Below, piece after piece: positions 18,659 through 26,275 of a DNA stretch of 33,355 bases (positions are counted from its first letter, which is position 1; every line of letters starts with the position of its first letter). Source of the stretch: a virus. Taxonomy: Duplodnaviria; Heunggongvirae; Uroviricota; Caudoviricetes. The position numbers were made by a program, and so were the translations under genes. The notes below the pieces were generated by a model, which ran no database searches, was not told where the DNA came from, and saw only the letters and a program-made list of their open reading frames with translations. Location of the stretch: IMG/VR virus record IMGVR_UViG_3300050187_000003, positions 139,576 to 172,930 of that record; one strand, 5' to 3'.

Positions 18659-18835
18659 TTACTCAAAGAGCAACAGTTGGCAACCCCTAGGGTGTCTTTG
18701 TCGACCAGCTACACGGCGGCGGGTTCCCTCATTCGGCACCGCTACCGTCAGCCCGAACATTCCGTACTCGGTGCGCCAGCGGCGGGTGTACCGCCAACCG
18801 GTGACGTCCAACTCCCGATGCGGCTTCGCCTTCAC
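18659..18835 (-). CDS. Small hypothetical protein (58 aa, below the ORF-track cutoff)
   Basis: GTG 18835 in a GTGA overlap; MKAKPHRELDVTGWRYTRRWRTEYGMFG...QLLLFE*. Confidence 0.35.
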   Translation of the reverse strand: MKAKPHRELDVTGWRYTRRWRTEYGMFGLTVAVPNEGTRRRVAGRQRHPRGCQLLLFE

Positions 18836-19287
18836 TGCCCGTCCGTCTGGGTGATGCGGTCGGCCCGCTCCCGCAGCAATGCCGAAAACGCCGATGGGGA
18901 AAGCGGGGCCGAGCCGCCCCGGTCGATGCAGTCGGCGACTACCCGCAGTGCAGCGGCGACTCCGGCGGCGAAGGTGGCGTCGCGGTGGAGGGTGCCGAGG
19001 TCGCGGCCGATCCGTCGGACGGCTGCGTCTTCGATGGCTTCTGCTGCGGCCGTGACTGCCGGGTCAACGGTCACGGGTTCCTCCGGGTCGGATGTAGACG
19101 AGTCGCCACCAGCGGCCCGGTAGCGTTTGACGTCCGCGTTGTAGTCGGCGGACTGCCGTTCGGTGGCGAACCCGGCCGGTGGAGGTGGTGGCGGTGGAGG
19201 TGAGCCGACCGGGCCTGGCACTTCGACAGTCGAGCTGAGCCGCTGGACTCCAGATCCGGGCAGCGGCGGGTGACGGTCAGACCTCAT
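18832..19287 (-). CDS. Hypothetical protein
   Basis: C-terminal 151 aa of ORF 18832..19749; ATG 19287 overlaps the previous gene's end; helical C-terminus. Confidence 0.5.
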   Translation of the reverse strand: MRSDRHPPLPGSGVQRLSSTVEVPGPVGSPPPPPPPPAGFATERQSADYNADVKRYRAAGGDSSTSDPEEPVTVDPAVTAAAEAIEDAAVRRIGRDLGTLHRDATFAAGVAAALRVVADCIDRGGSAPLSPSAFSALLRERADRITQTDGQ

Positions 19288-19525
19288 CGCTGCCTGTCGC
19301 CTGCCGCAGTGTCCGCTCGGCCCGCCGGAAGCAGTCGGCTTCGTCGGCCTGTGCGGCGTACCGCCACGGTTCTGGTCCGTCGCCTTCCAACGACCATCCG
19401 GACACCTGGCCGGCGTCATCCACGTAGAGGGCGAGGGCGTGTCCGCGTGGATGGAACATGACCCGGTTGATGAGCCACAGGAGGCCGGAGTCTCGGAGTT
19501 CGTTGATCGGACGCGGGTCAGCCAT
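19277..19525 (-). CDS. Conserved phage hypothetical protein
   Basis: GLLWLINRVMFHPRGHALAL motif recognised from small phage proteins. Confidence 0.7.
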   Translation of the reverse strand: MADPRPINELRDSGLLWLINRVMFHPRGHALALYVDDAGQVSGWSLEGDGPEPWRYAAQADEADCFRRAERTLRQATGSDEV

Positions 19526-19535
19526 GCTGGGTTGC

Positions 19536-19838
19536 TCATTCGTGTTGGGCGCGTTCTGGCAGGGTGGAGAACAGGTCCTCCGGGTCGTGGTCTGGAACTG
19601 TCGGCGCGGGCGTGGCCCCGGAAACGTGAATCATTGTGCGCGTTTTGCGGTGGTGTCGGTACAGTCGGCCCTCCCGGATCAGCCGGTTGACGGCGGATCC
19701 GCATTCGTCGACGCGTAACCCGTTTACCTCGGCCCGAAGTACAGTCCACATCGTGGACTCGTTGATCCCGCCCCGCCCCCAGCGGCGTGTCAGTGCCACG
19801 ATCCGCGCGTCCAGGCCGGCGACGTCAGTCGGGGTCAA
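19536..19838 (-). CDS. Hypothetical protein, possibly winged-helix (100 aa)
   Basis: TTG 19838 lies 7 nt after GGAGG; LDARIVAL...CGSAVNRLIREGRLYRH. Confidence 0.55.
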   Translation of the reverse strand: MTPTDVAGLDARIVALTRRWGRGGINESTMWTVLRAEVNGLRVDECGSAVNRLIREGRLYRHHRKTRTMIHVSGATPAPTVPDHDPEDLFSTLPERAQHE

Positions 19839-20313
19839 GATCCGCCTCCCATGTTTGTTGGTAGTCCGGGTGCTGGGCGTATGCCGCAGCGAGCGCGAAC
19901 AGCGTCCGCCCGGACATGCTGACGTCGCCGTGTTCGGCGCAGTCGTCCACGATCCGCCGTTTGGCAGCAACGTCGGCGAGGACGTGGGCCGTGTCGTGGT
20001 GTGCGATGTGAAAGGCCGCGGCAGAACTCGTCTCGGCCTGACCTCGGATCACCAGATGCGGAATCGTTGCTCCCCATGTGGTGGGGTACTCCTCAACGCT
20101 GCGCAACCCGACGGAGGATCTGTCCACCCCTTGGACGTACGCGTCAAGCACCGGATCGATCCTGATTGGGGTGCCCGTTGCTTCGCACTCCCACCGCCAG
20201 TGTTCCCCTGCCGGGGTGTAGCGGTCTCCGTCGCGAGATGCCTCGTGTGCCCACATCTCCTCTTCGCCGTACCGGGCGCGCAGAAATGCGATCAGCGTGG
20301 AGGTTTCGCTCAT
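19825..20313 (-). CDS. DUF6221-like phage protein
   Basis: LIAFLRAR..EEE..A, HIA.HD..HVLADVAAKRRIV and LA.AYA.HPDY motifs. Confidence 0.8.
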   Translation of the reverse strand: MSETSTLIAFLRARYGEEEMWAHEASRDGDRYTPAGEHWRWECEATGTPIRIDPVLDAYVQGVDRSSVGLRSVEEYPTTWGATIPHLVIRGQAETSSAAAFHIAHHDTAHVLADVAAKRRIVDDCAEHGDVSMSGRTLFALAAAYAQHPDYQQTWEADLDPD

Positions 20314-20489
20314 GGACGCCAGCCCTTCTTCCAGTGCCGGGCCGCGTATGTCAGCAGGATGCGCACCATTTCCGACCGGTTCGGACGTCCGTCGGCTGTC
20401 GTCACGCCCTCGTCGGCGGCGAGTTGGTCGATCCGATCGACCGCACTCCACGAGACGCGGGCGTTGAGGTGTCTCCGTCCGGTGTGCAC
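20310..20489 (-). CDS. Ribbon-helix-helix (CopG/Arc-like) regulator, 59 aa, absent from the ORF track
   Basis: GGAGG then GTG; MHTGRRHLNARVSWSAVDRIDQLAADEGVTTADGRPNRSEMVRILLTYAARHWKKGWRP*; ATGA overlap with the next gene. Confidence 0.7.
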   Translation of the reverse strand: MHTGRRHLNARVSWSAVDRIDQLAADEGVTTADGRPNRSEMVRILLTYAARHWKKGWRP

Positions 20490-20507
20490 ACCACACCTCC
20501 GTCCAAC

Positions 20508-20516
20508 ATTTTAGCA
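20508..20516 (-). promoter_or_regulatory. Extended -10 promoter element (TGCTAAAAT) upstream of the RHH gene
   Basis: TGnTAAAAT in a rare AT-rich patch, 18 nt upstream of the GTG. Confidence 0.5.
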
Positions 20517-20627
20517 GATCAGGATGTGTGACAGTCTTTGACCCAGCCGAACCCGGCGCCGGTCTGCTGTTCGACTCCGACGCACCACAACGCGCGCAGC
20601 AACGCCACGATCCGGACGTCCAGGTCG

Positions 20628-21287
20628 TCAGTCGGGGTCGAGGTCGGCCTCCCACGCCTCCGAGAACTCCCGGTCTGCGAACAGTTCCGCCATCCCGGAC
20701 ACCTGCCGCAGGCGACGCACCTCGTCCAGGTCCATGCCCAGCTCCTTGGCGATCCACTGTTCGTCCTTGCCGTTGCGGTGCAACTCCAACACGATGTCCG
20801 ACATGGCGTCGACCTTGTGTTCGCCGCGGGCACGGTTGTGGCGGATGGTCGCGGCGACGCGGTCTTCCCGGCCGGTGCGTTCCGGGTTGATGACGGCGAT
20901 CGGTAGGCGTCCTCGGACGCGTTTGCGGACGGCGCCGACTTCCCGGCCGACACGGTTGCGGTGGAATCCGTCGACCACTTCGTAGCCGATGTCGGTGGGC
21001 CAGGCAACGATGGGCTGGGTGTACCCGTCCTGCATGATGGACAGCTTGAGGAGGTCCATCTCCGGTGGCGCCACCACGTTCGGGTTGTAGTTGTTAGCCT
21101 GAATTTGGTCTGCTTCGACCCACAGCACGCAATCGACCGGCTCGTCCTTCATCGGCGAGTGGTCGCGCAGAGCCAGGCGGATCTCGTTCACCGCGTCGAC
21201 CCGGGCCGCGTCCGGAAGGTCGGCGAGCCTCGCGAACAGCGTCCGAGCCTGTTCGACCAGCGCCTGCCCCATCAGGTCAAGCGGCAC
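20628..21287 (-). CDS. ibrB: IbrB-like ParB/Sulfiredoxin-domain protein
   Basis: EPVDCVLWV, ANNYNPNVVAPPEM.LL..SI..DGYTQPIV, VVDGFHR, ATIRHNRARG and a C-terminal HTH. Confidence 0.9.
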   Translation of the reverse strand: MPLDLMGQALVEQARTLFARLADLPDAARVDAVNEIRLALRDHSPMKDEPVDCVLWVEADQIQANNYNPNVVAPPEMDLLKLSIMQDGYTQPIVAWPTDIGYEVVDGFHRNRVGREVGAVRKRVRGRLPIAVINPERTGREDRVAATIRHNRARGEHKVDAMSDIVLELHRNGKDEQWIAKELGMDLDEVRRLRQVSGMAELFADREFSEAWEADLDPD

Positions 21288-21682
21288 GCCGCACCTCCAT
21301 GAACGAACCCTTCGGCTGGTGAACCTCGACCCCGTTGGCGAGCAGCACCGGCAGAACGACCTCCCCGCACACCGACGTAAAGGACCGGCCCTCGAAGTCG
21401 GCGAGGCGGGCCAGCAGCAGCATCCGCATACACACCCCGGCGACGATAGTCGGGCAGCGTGTATGCGGACTGGAACGTCACCCGGGCGCTGCCGTCACGG
21501 GCCGCGGCGAACCCGGCCACCTTCCGGCCTTCCACGGCGACGTACCAGCGTTTGTTGTCGTCGTCCCAGATGTGACCGCCGACCTCCTTCGCGATCTCCC
21601 GGCGGGCCAGGAACGGCCCCATGGTGGGGTAGAACGACCGGTCCAGGTTTGTCAGTTTGCGGAGAATCAGATCACCTGCCAT
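21277..21682 (-). pseudogene. GNAT-family acetyltransferase with a 1-nt insertion (frameshift near 21427)
   Basis: MAGDLILR...VAGFAA...SAYTLPDYRRRGVY (acetyl-CoA motif A). Removing one base restores YRMLLLARLADFEGRSFTSVCGEVVLPVLLANG...RRAA* (134 aa), ending over the ibrB start. Confidence 0.75.
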
Positions 21683-22887
21683 TCCTCTCGCCTCCTTCTC
21701 ATGCGCTCGCGGTAGCGGACGTACGCCTCCCCGGTCTTCGTCGGGGCGAACGACAGCGTCTTGCAGTGATAGTCGTACTTGAGCAGGGTCTTGCAGATTC
21801 GCGTCCACGACGGCTTGCCCTTCGTCGATGCCGGCCCTTCGTCGGGGATGCCGTTCGCGTACAGGCCCGGGGTCTTGACTGCGTACCAGCGTAGGAACAC
21901 GGCGATCTTGTCGCGGAAGTGGTCTGCCGTAGCCGGGGGCATCGACTCCAGGAGCCGGAACGCGAACTCCCGCCACGTGATCCCGTCCGGTTTCGTGACC
22001 TTGATCCGGCCCAGCACGTTGCCGGACTCACGGGCGTAGATCGCCCCGAAGTTCGCCCCGCTCACCCGGGCGACGACCCGCGCCCACGTCTCCGGCTCGA
22101 TGACCTGGTATAGCCACAGGCCACGCCGCTGGTCGTCGCCGTACGGCTGGCAGATCCGCGCCTGGTGGATCGACAGGCCAGCCTGATGCATGCGGTCGTA
22201 CAGCAGGTTGTACGGCACCCGCTCGCGGGCGCAGTACGTCCAGATGTCCTCGGTTGCCCAGTCGTAAATGGGATACGCGTTGTAGAGGGCTTCCCCGACC
22301 CATGTGGTCCACTGCATTCCGTCGTGGGTCTGCTTGCGGGGGGACGCGATCGTCCGCCACCGGTTTAGTGATTCGGCGGTGCGGATGCCCACGAAGCAGG
22401 CGGTCAGCTTGCCCTGCCCGTACCAGTGCCCGAACGCGGGGGTGAATTCCTCGAACTCCATCCGCCGCTTGAAGAACGGAAAGTAGCCCTCGTCGGTGAT
22501 GGCGTCCTTCGGCGGCTGCCGCACCCAGTCCTGCTCGCGGCCGGGTTCCCAGCACATCCACTGCGGCTCAAACTGGGACACCGCGTTGCGGAGGTTCAGC
22601 GGCAGCGACACCCAGTAGGGGTCGATGACGTCGGCGTGCCGGTCCAGCATGAGCCGGATGTAGTCGATCGTCAGCGTGTACTGGGCTTCGAGGTCAATAA
22701 ACATGACCCCGATGCGTCGACCGCGGCTGCGGGCCTCGTCGCAGACCAGCTCCATCATGACCCCGCTGTCCTTGCCTCCGGAGAAGGAGACGTAGATGCG
22801 GGGGAAGTCGTCGAAGACACGGGCGATGCGCTGTCGGGCGGCGGTCAGGACGTCGACGCCGAGGGGTTTCTTGAGTCGGCTAGCCAC
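21667..22887 (-). CDS. ibrA: IbrA-like PAPS-reductase (CysH) family / DUF3440 protein
   Basis: PP-loop YVSFSGGKDS, FIDLE, VGIRTAESLNR, YPIYDW..EDIW, RICQPYG, RVSGANFGAIY and PSW.RIC..LLK.D..CK.LSF. Confidence 0.92.
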   Translation of the reverse strand: MASRLKKPLGVDVLTAARQRIARVFDDFPRIYVSFSGGKDSGVMMELVCDEARSRGRRIGVMFIDLEAQYTLTIDYIRLMLDRHADVIDPYWVSLPLNLRNAVSQFEPQWMCWEPGREQDWVRQPPKDAITDEGYFPFFKRRMEFEEFTPAFGHWYGQGKLTACFVGIRTAESLNRWRTIASPRKQTHDGMQWTTWVGEALYNAYPIYDWATEDIWTYCARERVPYNLLYDRMHQAGLSIHQARICQPYGDDQRRGLWLYQVIEPETWARVVARVSGANFGAIYARESGNVLGRIKVTKPDGITWREFAFRLLESMPPATADHFRDKIAVFLRWYAVKTPGLYANGIPDEGPASTKGKPSWTRICKTLLKYDYHCKTLSFAPTKTGEAYVRYRERMRRRREEWQVI

Positions 22888-23204
22888 TGGTCCACCTCCT
22901 CTGCGGTCAGGTCGTGCACGTCTCCGTCATCGGTGACGGTCAGCCACCTCGTGGTCCAGCCGGAACGCCGGCCGGTTAGGTGGCGGGACTGGTAGACGCG
23001 CCCGGATTCCAACGTCCACCACAGCCACACCCCGTCTCCTTGTGCGCCTCGGGCTGCGGGGGTGTCTCGTTTCGCGGGCAGGAACCGCCGCTGGTAGCCG
23101 TAGGCCGGGTCCCGTCCGGTGATCTCCGCAACCCACGGTTTCGGTGCCCGGGTGGCTCGGTCGGGTGTCCACCCCCAGGCGCGGGCCGAGTAGGCGGCCT
23201 TCAC
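22845..23204 (-). CDS. Conserved hypothetical protein coupled to ibrA
   Basis: WVAEITG.DP.Y...R.FL...GV..WW.LESG.VY; overlaps both neighbours. Confidence 0.7.
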   Translation of the reverse strand: MKAAYSARAWGWTPDRATRAPKPWVAEITGRDPAYGYQRRFLPAKRDTPAARGAQGDGVWLWWTLESGRVYQSRHLTGRRSGWTTRWLTVTDDGDVHDLTAEEVDQWLADSRNPSASTS

Positions 23205-23551
23205 CGGTCAGCCTTAAGGTCTGTGCGTGCGCCTCGCCCGGGGCGGCGGCTGGCGCGTTCGCGGATGGGGGCCGGGTCGTAGAGGTTCTGCCCCGACCGG
23301 CCGGGCTGGCGGCCGGTCGGGGCGATGCCCCACGCGGAGAGTTGGGCGCGCGCTGAGGCGCGGGTGCCGAGGTTGAGAAACCGGGCCACGTCGTCGGTGG
23401 TCCATCGCGCCTCGGAGGGTTCAAGGTAAGCGCGGATGTCCGCGATCGCCTTCGCCCGGTCGTCGAGGGTGCAGTCGTTCAGGTCGGCGAGTGCCGCCGT
23501 GACGAGGTCGACGATGGGTTGGGGGTCGTGGCCGTGCGTGCTGTCCTCCAC
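23201..23551 (-). CDS. DNA-binding HTH protein with an N-terminal IbrB-like helical segment
   Basis: GTG 23551; C-terminal WTTDDVARFLNL...ARAQLSAWGI...LYDP...RPGRGARTDL; N-terminus aligns to the IbrB N-terminus. Confidence 0.65.
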   Translation of the reverse strand: MEDSTHGHDPQPIVDLVTAALADLNDCTLDDRAKAIADIRAYLEPSEARWTTDDVARFLNLGTRASARAQLSAWGIAPTGRQPGRSGQNLYDPAPIRERASRRPGRGARTDLKADR

Positions 23552-23582
23552 GCACGTAGCATTACTGCACTGCGTAGGAAAA

Positions 23583-24308
23583 TCAAGCGGGCTGGCACGG
23601 CATCCGACGCGATTCGTGGTGATACGGGGCGCGCACCGTCCCCGGCACCCCGCCCACCTGAGGAAACCACCGATCCTGCCACCGAACGGCAGCCTCCGGG
23701 TCCTCCACCACATCCAACGACAGAACCTGTCCCCACCCGTGCCGGGCCAGCCGACCCACATGCGTCAACCGGGACAGCAACTCCCGCAACCGGCCCGGAT
23801 CCGCCAACGCCCACCACGACATCCCATCCACCCACACCGCCTGATGCTGCATGTTCGCCGCCCGCCGCGGACCCAACGCCGGGTGATACCGCTCCGCCGC
23901 CGTCCACCGCACCATCTCGTCCACCGGTGGCCGTCTACGCACCTGCGCCACCGCATGCCGCACCACCCGGTACGAGGCGGCCGAACACGCCCACCCCCAC
24001 ACGGACACCCCATCGGCGCCCAGCAGCCGAGGATCCGGGTCGTCCCGGGTACACGCGGCAGTCCACGTCGCGAACGGTTGGACGAAGTCATGCGCCCACG
24101 ATCCCATCGGAGGAAGCCGCAGCGTCTCCCGATCAGCCGCGTCCAAAGCATCGAGGTACGCCGCCCACGACAGCGGCCCATCCAGGTGCATCGGATCCCG
24201 AGGCAGGCCAACAACCGGTTGGGCGAGACGCGCATCGACCCGCACCGGCGTCCACCGCCCATCCCCCGTGGTGTCGCCCACCGTGCCGGGACTTACCAGT
24301 CGGCTCAC
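23583..24308 (-). CDS. csf3: Type IV CRISPR-associated Csf3 (Cas5-like RAMP)
   Basis: P.RV.ARL..PV...P.HLDG.LSWA, WACS, LL..LTHVGRLARHGWGQV (G-rich loop) and RAPY; GTGA-coupled to csf2. Confidence 0.85.
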   Translation of the reverse strand: MSRLVSPGTVGDTTGDGRWTPVRVDARLAQPVVGLPRDPMHLDGPLSWAAYLDALDAADRETLRLPPMGSWAHDFVQPFATWTAACTRDDPDPRLLGADGVSVWGWACSAASYRVVRHAVAQVRRRPPVDEMVRWTAAERYHPALGPRRAANMQHQAVWVDGMSWWALADPGRLRELLSRLTHVGRLARHGWGQVLSLDVVEDPEAAVRWQDRWFPQVGGVPGTVRAPYHHESRRMPCQPA

Positions 24309-25186
24309 CGGCCGGCCGCCGCGGCGAGCATCGCCATCACCTCGCCCGCGTTGGCGGCCAACATCTCCGCGAGAGTCCCGTCACCGGCTGGCACCGCCGA
24401 CCAGTCGGCGTCGACCCGGCACAGGCCGTACCCCTGTGCCCGCTTCGCCCCCAGGTGCAGGGTGCCGGCGGCCGTCAGCCATCCCCACGCCGCCCGCAGC
24501 GCCTGAACGTGCGGAACGGTCGCGCAGGCCAACCGGAGGGTGCCGTACAAGGTGGCGCCGGCTTTCACCACCTGCCAGTCGTAGATCATCTGCGTGGTGC
24601 GGTCCTTCTCCGGTGTCCCCATCCACAGGTCGGCGTCAACCCACCTATCCACCGGCGCGCCCATCACGTCGTGACGGGTGCCGAACTCCTCATCCCGCAA
24701 CGCCGCGGCGGGCAGCACGGCGTGGGGATGAGTGCGCACCCCGGCCGGCAGCCGCCACGCGTTTTCCGCGCACACCAACCCGAGATGATCCACGTAGAGG
24801 GTGCCGGCCCAGATCTGTCCCCGACCCGAGTAGCCGAGCAGTCCCGCCGGCGGCCACGTCGCGTCGAGGCGCCGGTGTGCCGCCAGGTCGATCTGCGCGG
24901 ACTCGGCGGACGTCAACGCACCACCCGAGTACAAAAGGTCAACCGTCTGCTTGTTCAACGTCCCTGGGGTGGCGGCTACCGCGTCGAGGGTGAGTTCGGC
25001 GCACGCGTTACGGATGGCGTGCCGGAGGCTGTTCCCGGACACGAACGGCACCACTGCCGACGACCCGTCTGGTAGGACAACCTCCTGGGTGCGGAGGAGT
25101 TGGGAGTTGCCGGACGTTCCGGCACCGTGGTGCAGCGGCGACAGCAGGGTCAGGGTGAGTGGGATGGTGGCGGTGATCCGGGTCAT
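24305..25186 (-). CDS. csf2: Type IV CRISPR-associated Csf2 (Cas7-like RAMP backbone)
   Basis: ATG 25186; LTLLSPLHHG, VPFVSGNSLRHAIR, LLYSGGAL, GLLG, QMIY..Q....GA.L and LGAKRAQGYG. Confidence 0.92.
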   Translation of the reverse strand: MTRITATIPLTLTLLSPLHHGAGTSGNSQLLRTQEVVLPDGSSAVVPFVSGNSLRHAIRNACAELTLDAVAATPGTLNKQTVDLLYSGGALTSAESAQIDLAAHRRLDATWPPAGLLGYSGRGQIWAGTLYVDHLGLVCAENAWRLPAGVRTHPHAVLPAAALRDEEFGTRHDVMGAPVDRWVDADLWMGTPEKDRTTQMIYDWQVVKAGATLYGTLRLACATVPHVQALRAAWGWLTAAGTLHLGAKRAQGYGLCRVDADWSAVPAGDGTLAEMLAANAGEVMAMLAAAAGR

Positions 25187-25578
25187 CGGGCGTCCTCGGC
25201 AGGAGTTGGCTTGGCGCGGCGGGCGGTGCGCTGGTGGCGGACCAGTGCGGTGATGGTGAGGGCGTCGCGGGTGGCGAGGGTCCGCCAGCGAGCGAACACC
25301 TGCGGGTCGTCCAGGATGGTTGACAGGTCGGCGATGGTGGCCGACGACGACGCACTGAACGCGTCGACCTCCATCTTCTTCCCGGCCCGAGCGACGCACT
25401 GCCGCCATGACGTTGATGAGGCGGCGGCGGTTTCCAGGGCGGTCTTGGCTCGCTCCCACCAGCGGGCGACACCAATCCGGTTCACGTCGGCGGAGTCCAG
25501 CAGGGCGTAGAGGAAGCGTTCGGCGGCGCGGTGCAGGTCGAGGTCAGTCGGTGGGGTAGGTGCCGACGTAGTGGTCAA
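25183..25578 (-). CDS. cas11: Type IV-B small subunit (Cas11-like, all-helical)
   Basis: 131-aa helical protein (RWWERAKTALETAA...W..CV....KKM) between csf1 and csf2, the canonical IV-B position. Confidence 0.7.
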   Translation of the reverse strand: MTTTSAPTPPTDLDLHRAAERFLYALLDSADVNRIGVARWWERAKTALETAAASSTSWRQCVARAGKKMEVDAFSASSSATIADLSTILDDPQVFARWRTLATRDALTITALVRHQRTARRAKPTPAEDAR

Positions 25579-26275
25579 CGGTCTCCTTTGTGATCATCAG
25601 GTTGGCCAGATGCAGTAGCGGTGTTCCGAAGTGCGGCGCCAACTCGGCGGCGTGGGTCAGCCACACCGACAGCCGGTCGGGGGTGAGGGTGCCGACGGGC
25701 GGCTGCCCGGATTCGATGTGTTCGGCGCGGAACCCGGCCGCCCGCAGCGCCGCGGTGCGGGCCAACGCGGGCCGCCACTCGCTCGGGTCGGATGTGATGT
25801 CGCAGCCGTCGAGCTGCACCGACCAGCGTCGGTTGCCGTGGTTGACCGCGGTGAACGGGGCGGTGTGCTTCTGTCCGGTCTCGGCGACCGCCACCAGCCA
25901 CGCGGATCCGTCCCCGGGCGGGTCGGCGAGGGTGGCTGCGACCCAGCGCAGGTCCCGCCGGTTCGTCAGGTGCAGATGTTTCCCGGTGACGTAGGCGCCC
26001 GGCCGTGACGGCAGGGCGGGGACGTCAGTTCGGGCAACCACCGACCACATGCGGACCGTGTTCGGCGGCCGTCCGCCGAGGGTCCACGAACACGCCTGGC
26101 ACATGCGAGTGCCGTCGATACGTAACAGTTTGCGGTAGTCGGTGAAGTTCGGGCCGATGGTGGCGTGCAGCGGACCCTCGGCGCCGCACAGAGCGCACGG
26201 CCCGACGCCCTTCGCCGAGTCGGTCGGCGGCGGGCCGCCGGCGAGTTCCCAGATCAGGTGGCAGGCGTGGATCAC
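25544..26275 (-). CDS. csf1: Type IV large subunit Csf1 (Cas8-like)
   Basis: GTG 26275; Zn-finger CALCG...NFTD...MCQAC, L.DPP...W.V.VAETGQKH..PF..VN; first gene of the csf block. Confidence 0.82.
   Translation of the reverse strand: MIHACHLIWELAGGPPPTDSAKGVGPCALCGAEGPLHATIGPNFTDYRKLLRIDGTRMCQACSWTLGGRPPNTVRMWSVVARTDVPALPSRPGAYVTGKHLHLTNRRDLRWVAATLADPPGDGSAWLVAVAETGQKHTAPFTAVNHGNRRWSVQLDGCDITSDPSEWRPALARTAALRAAGFRAEHIESGQPPVGTLTPDRLSVWLTHAAELAPHFGTPLLHLANLMITKETVDHYVGTYPTD

Noticed and set aside
21667-22887. Housekeeping cysH (sulfate assimilation) or a complete Dnd phosphorothioation system
   Set aside because: The DUF3440-type C-terminus and IbrB partner indicate IbrA; there are no cys or dndA/B/D/E genes in the window.
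23552-23590. Promoter for the HTH-ibr genes (TTGATT...TAATGCT, leaderless GTG)
   Set aside because: The AT-rich gap is suggestive, but the -10 does not fit TAnnnT at a proper spacing; too weak to call.
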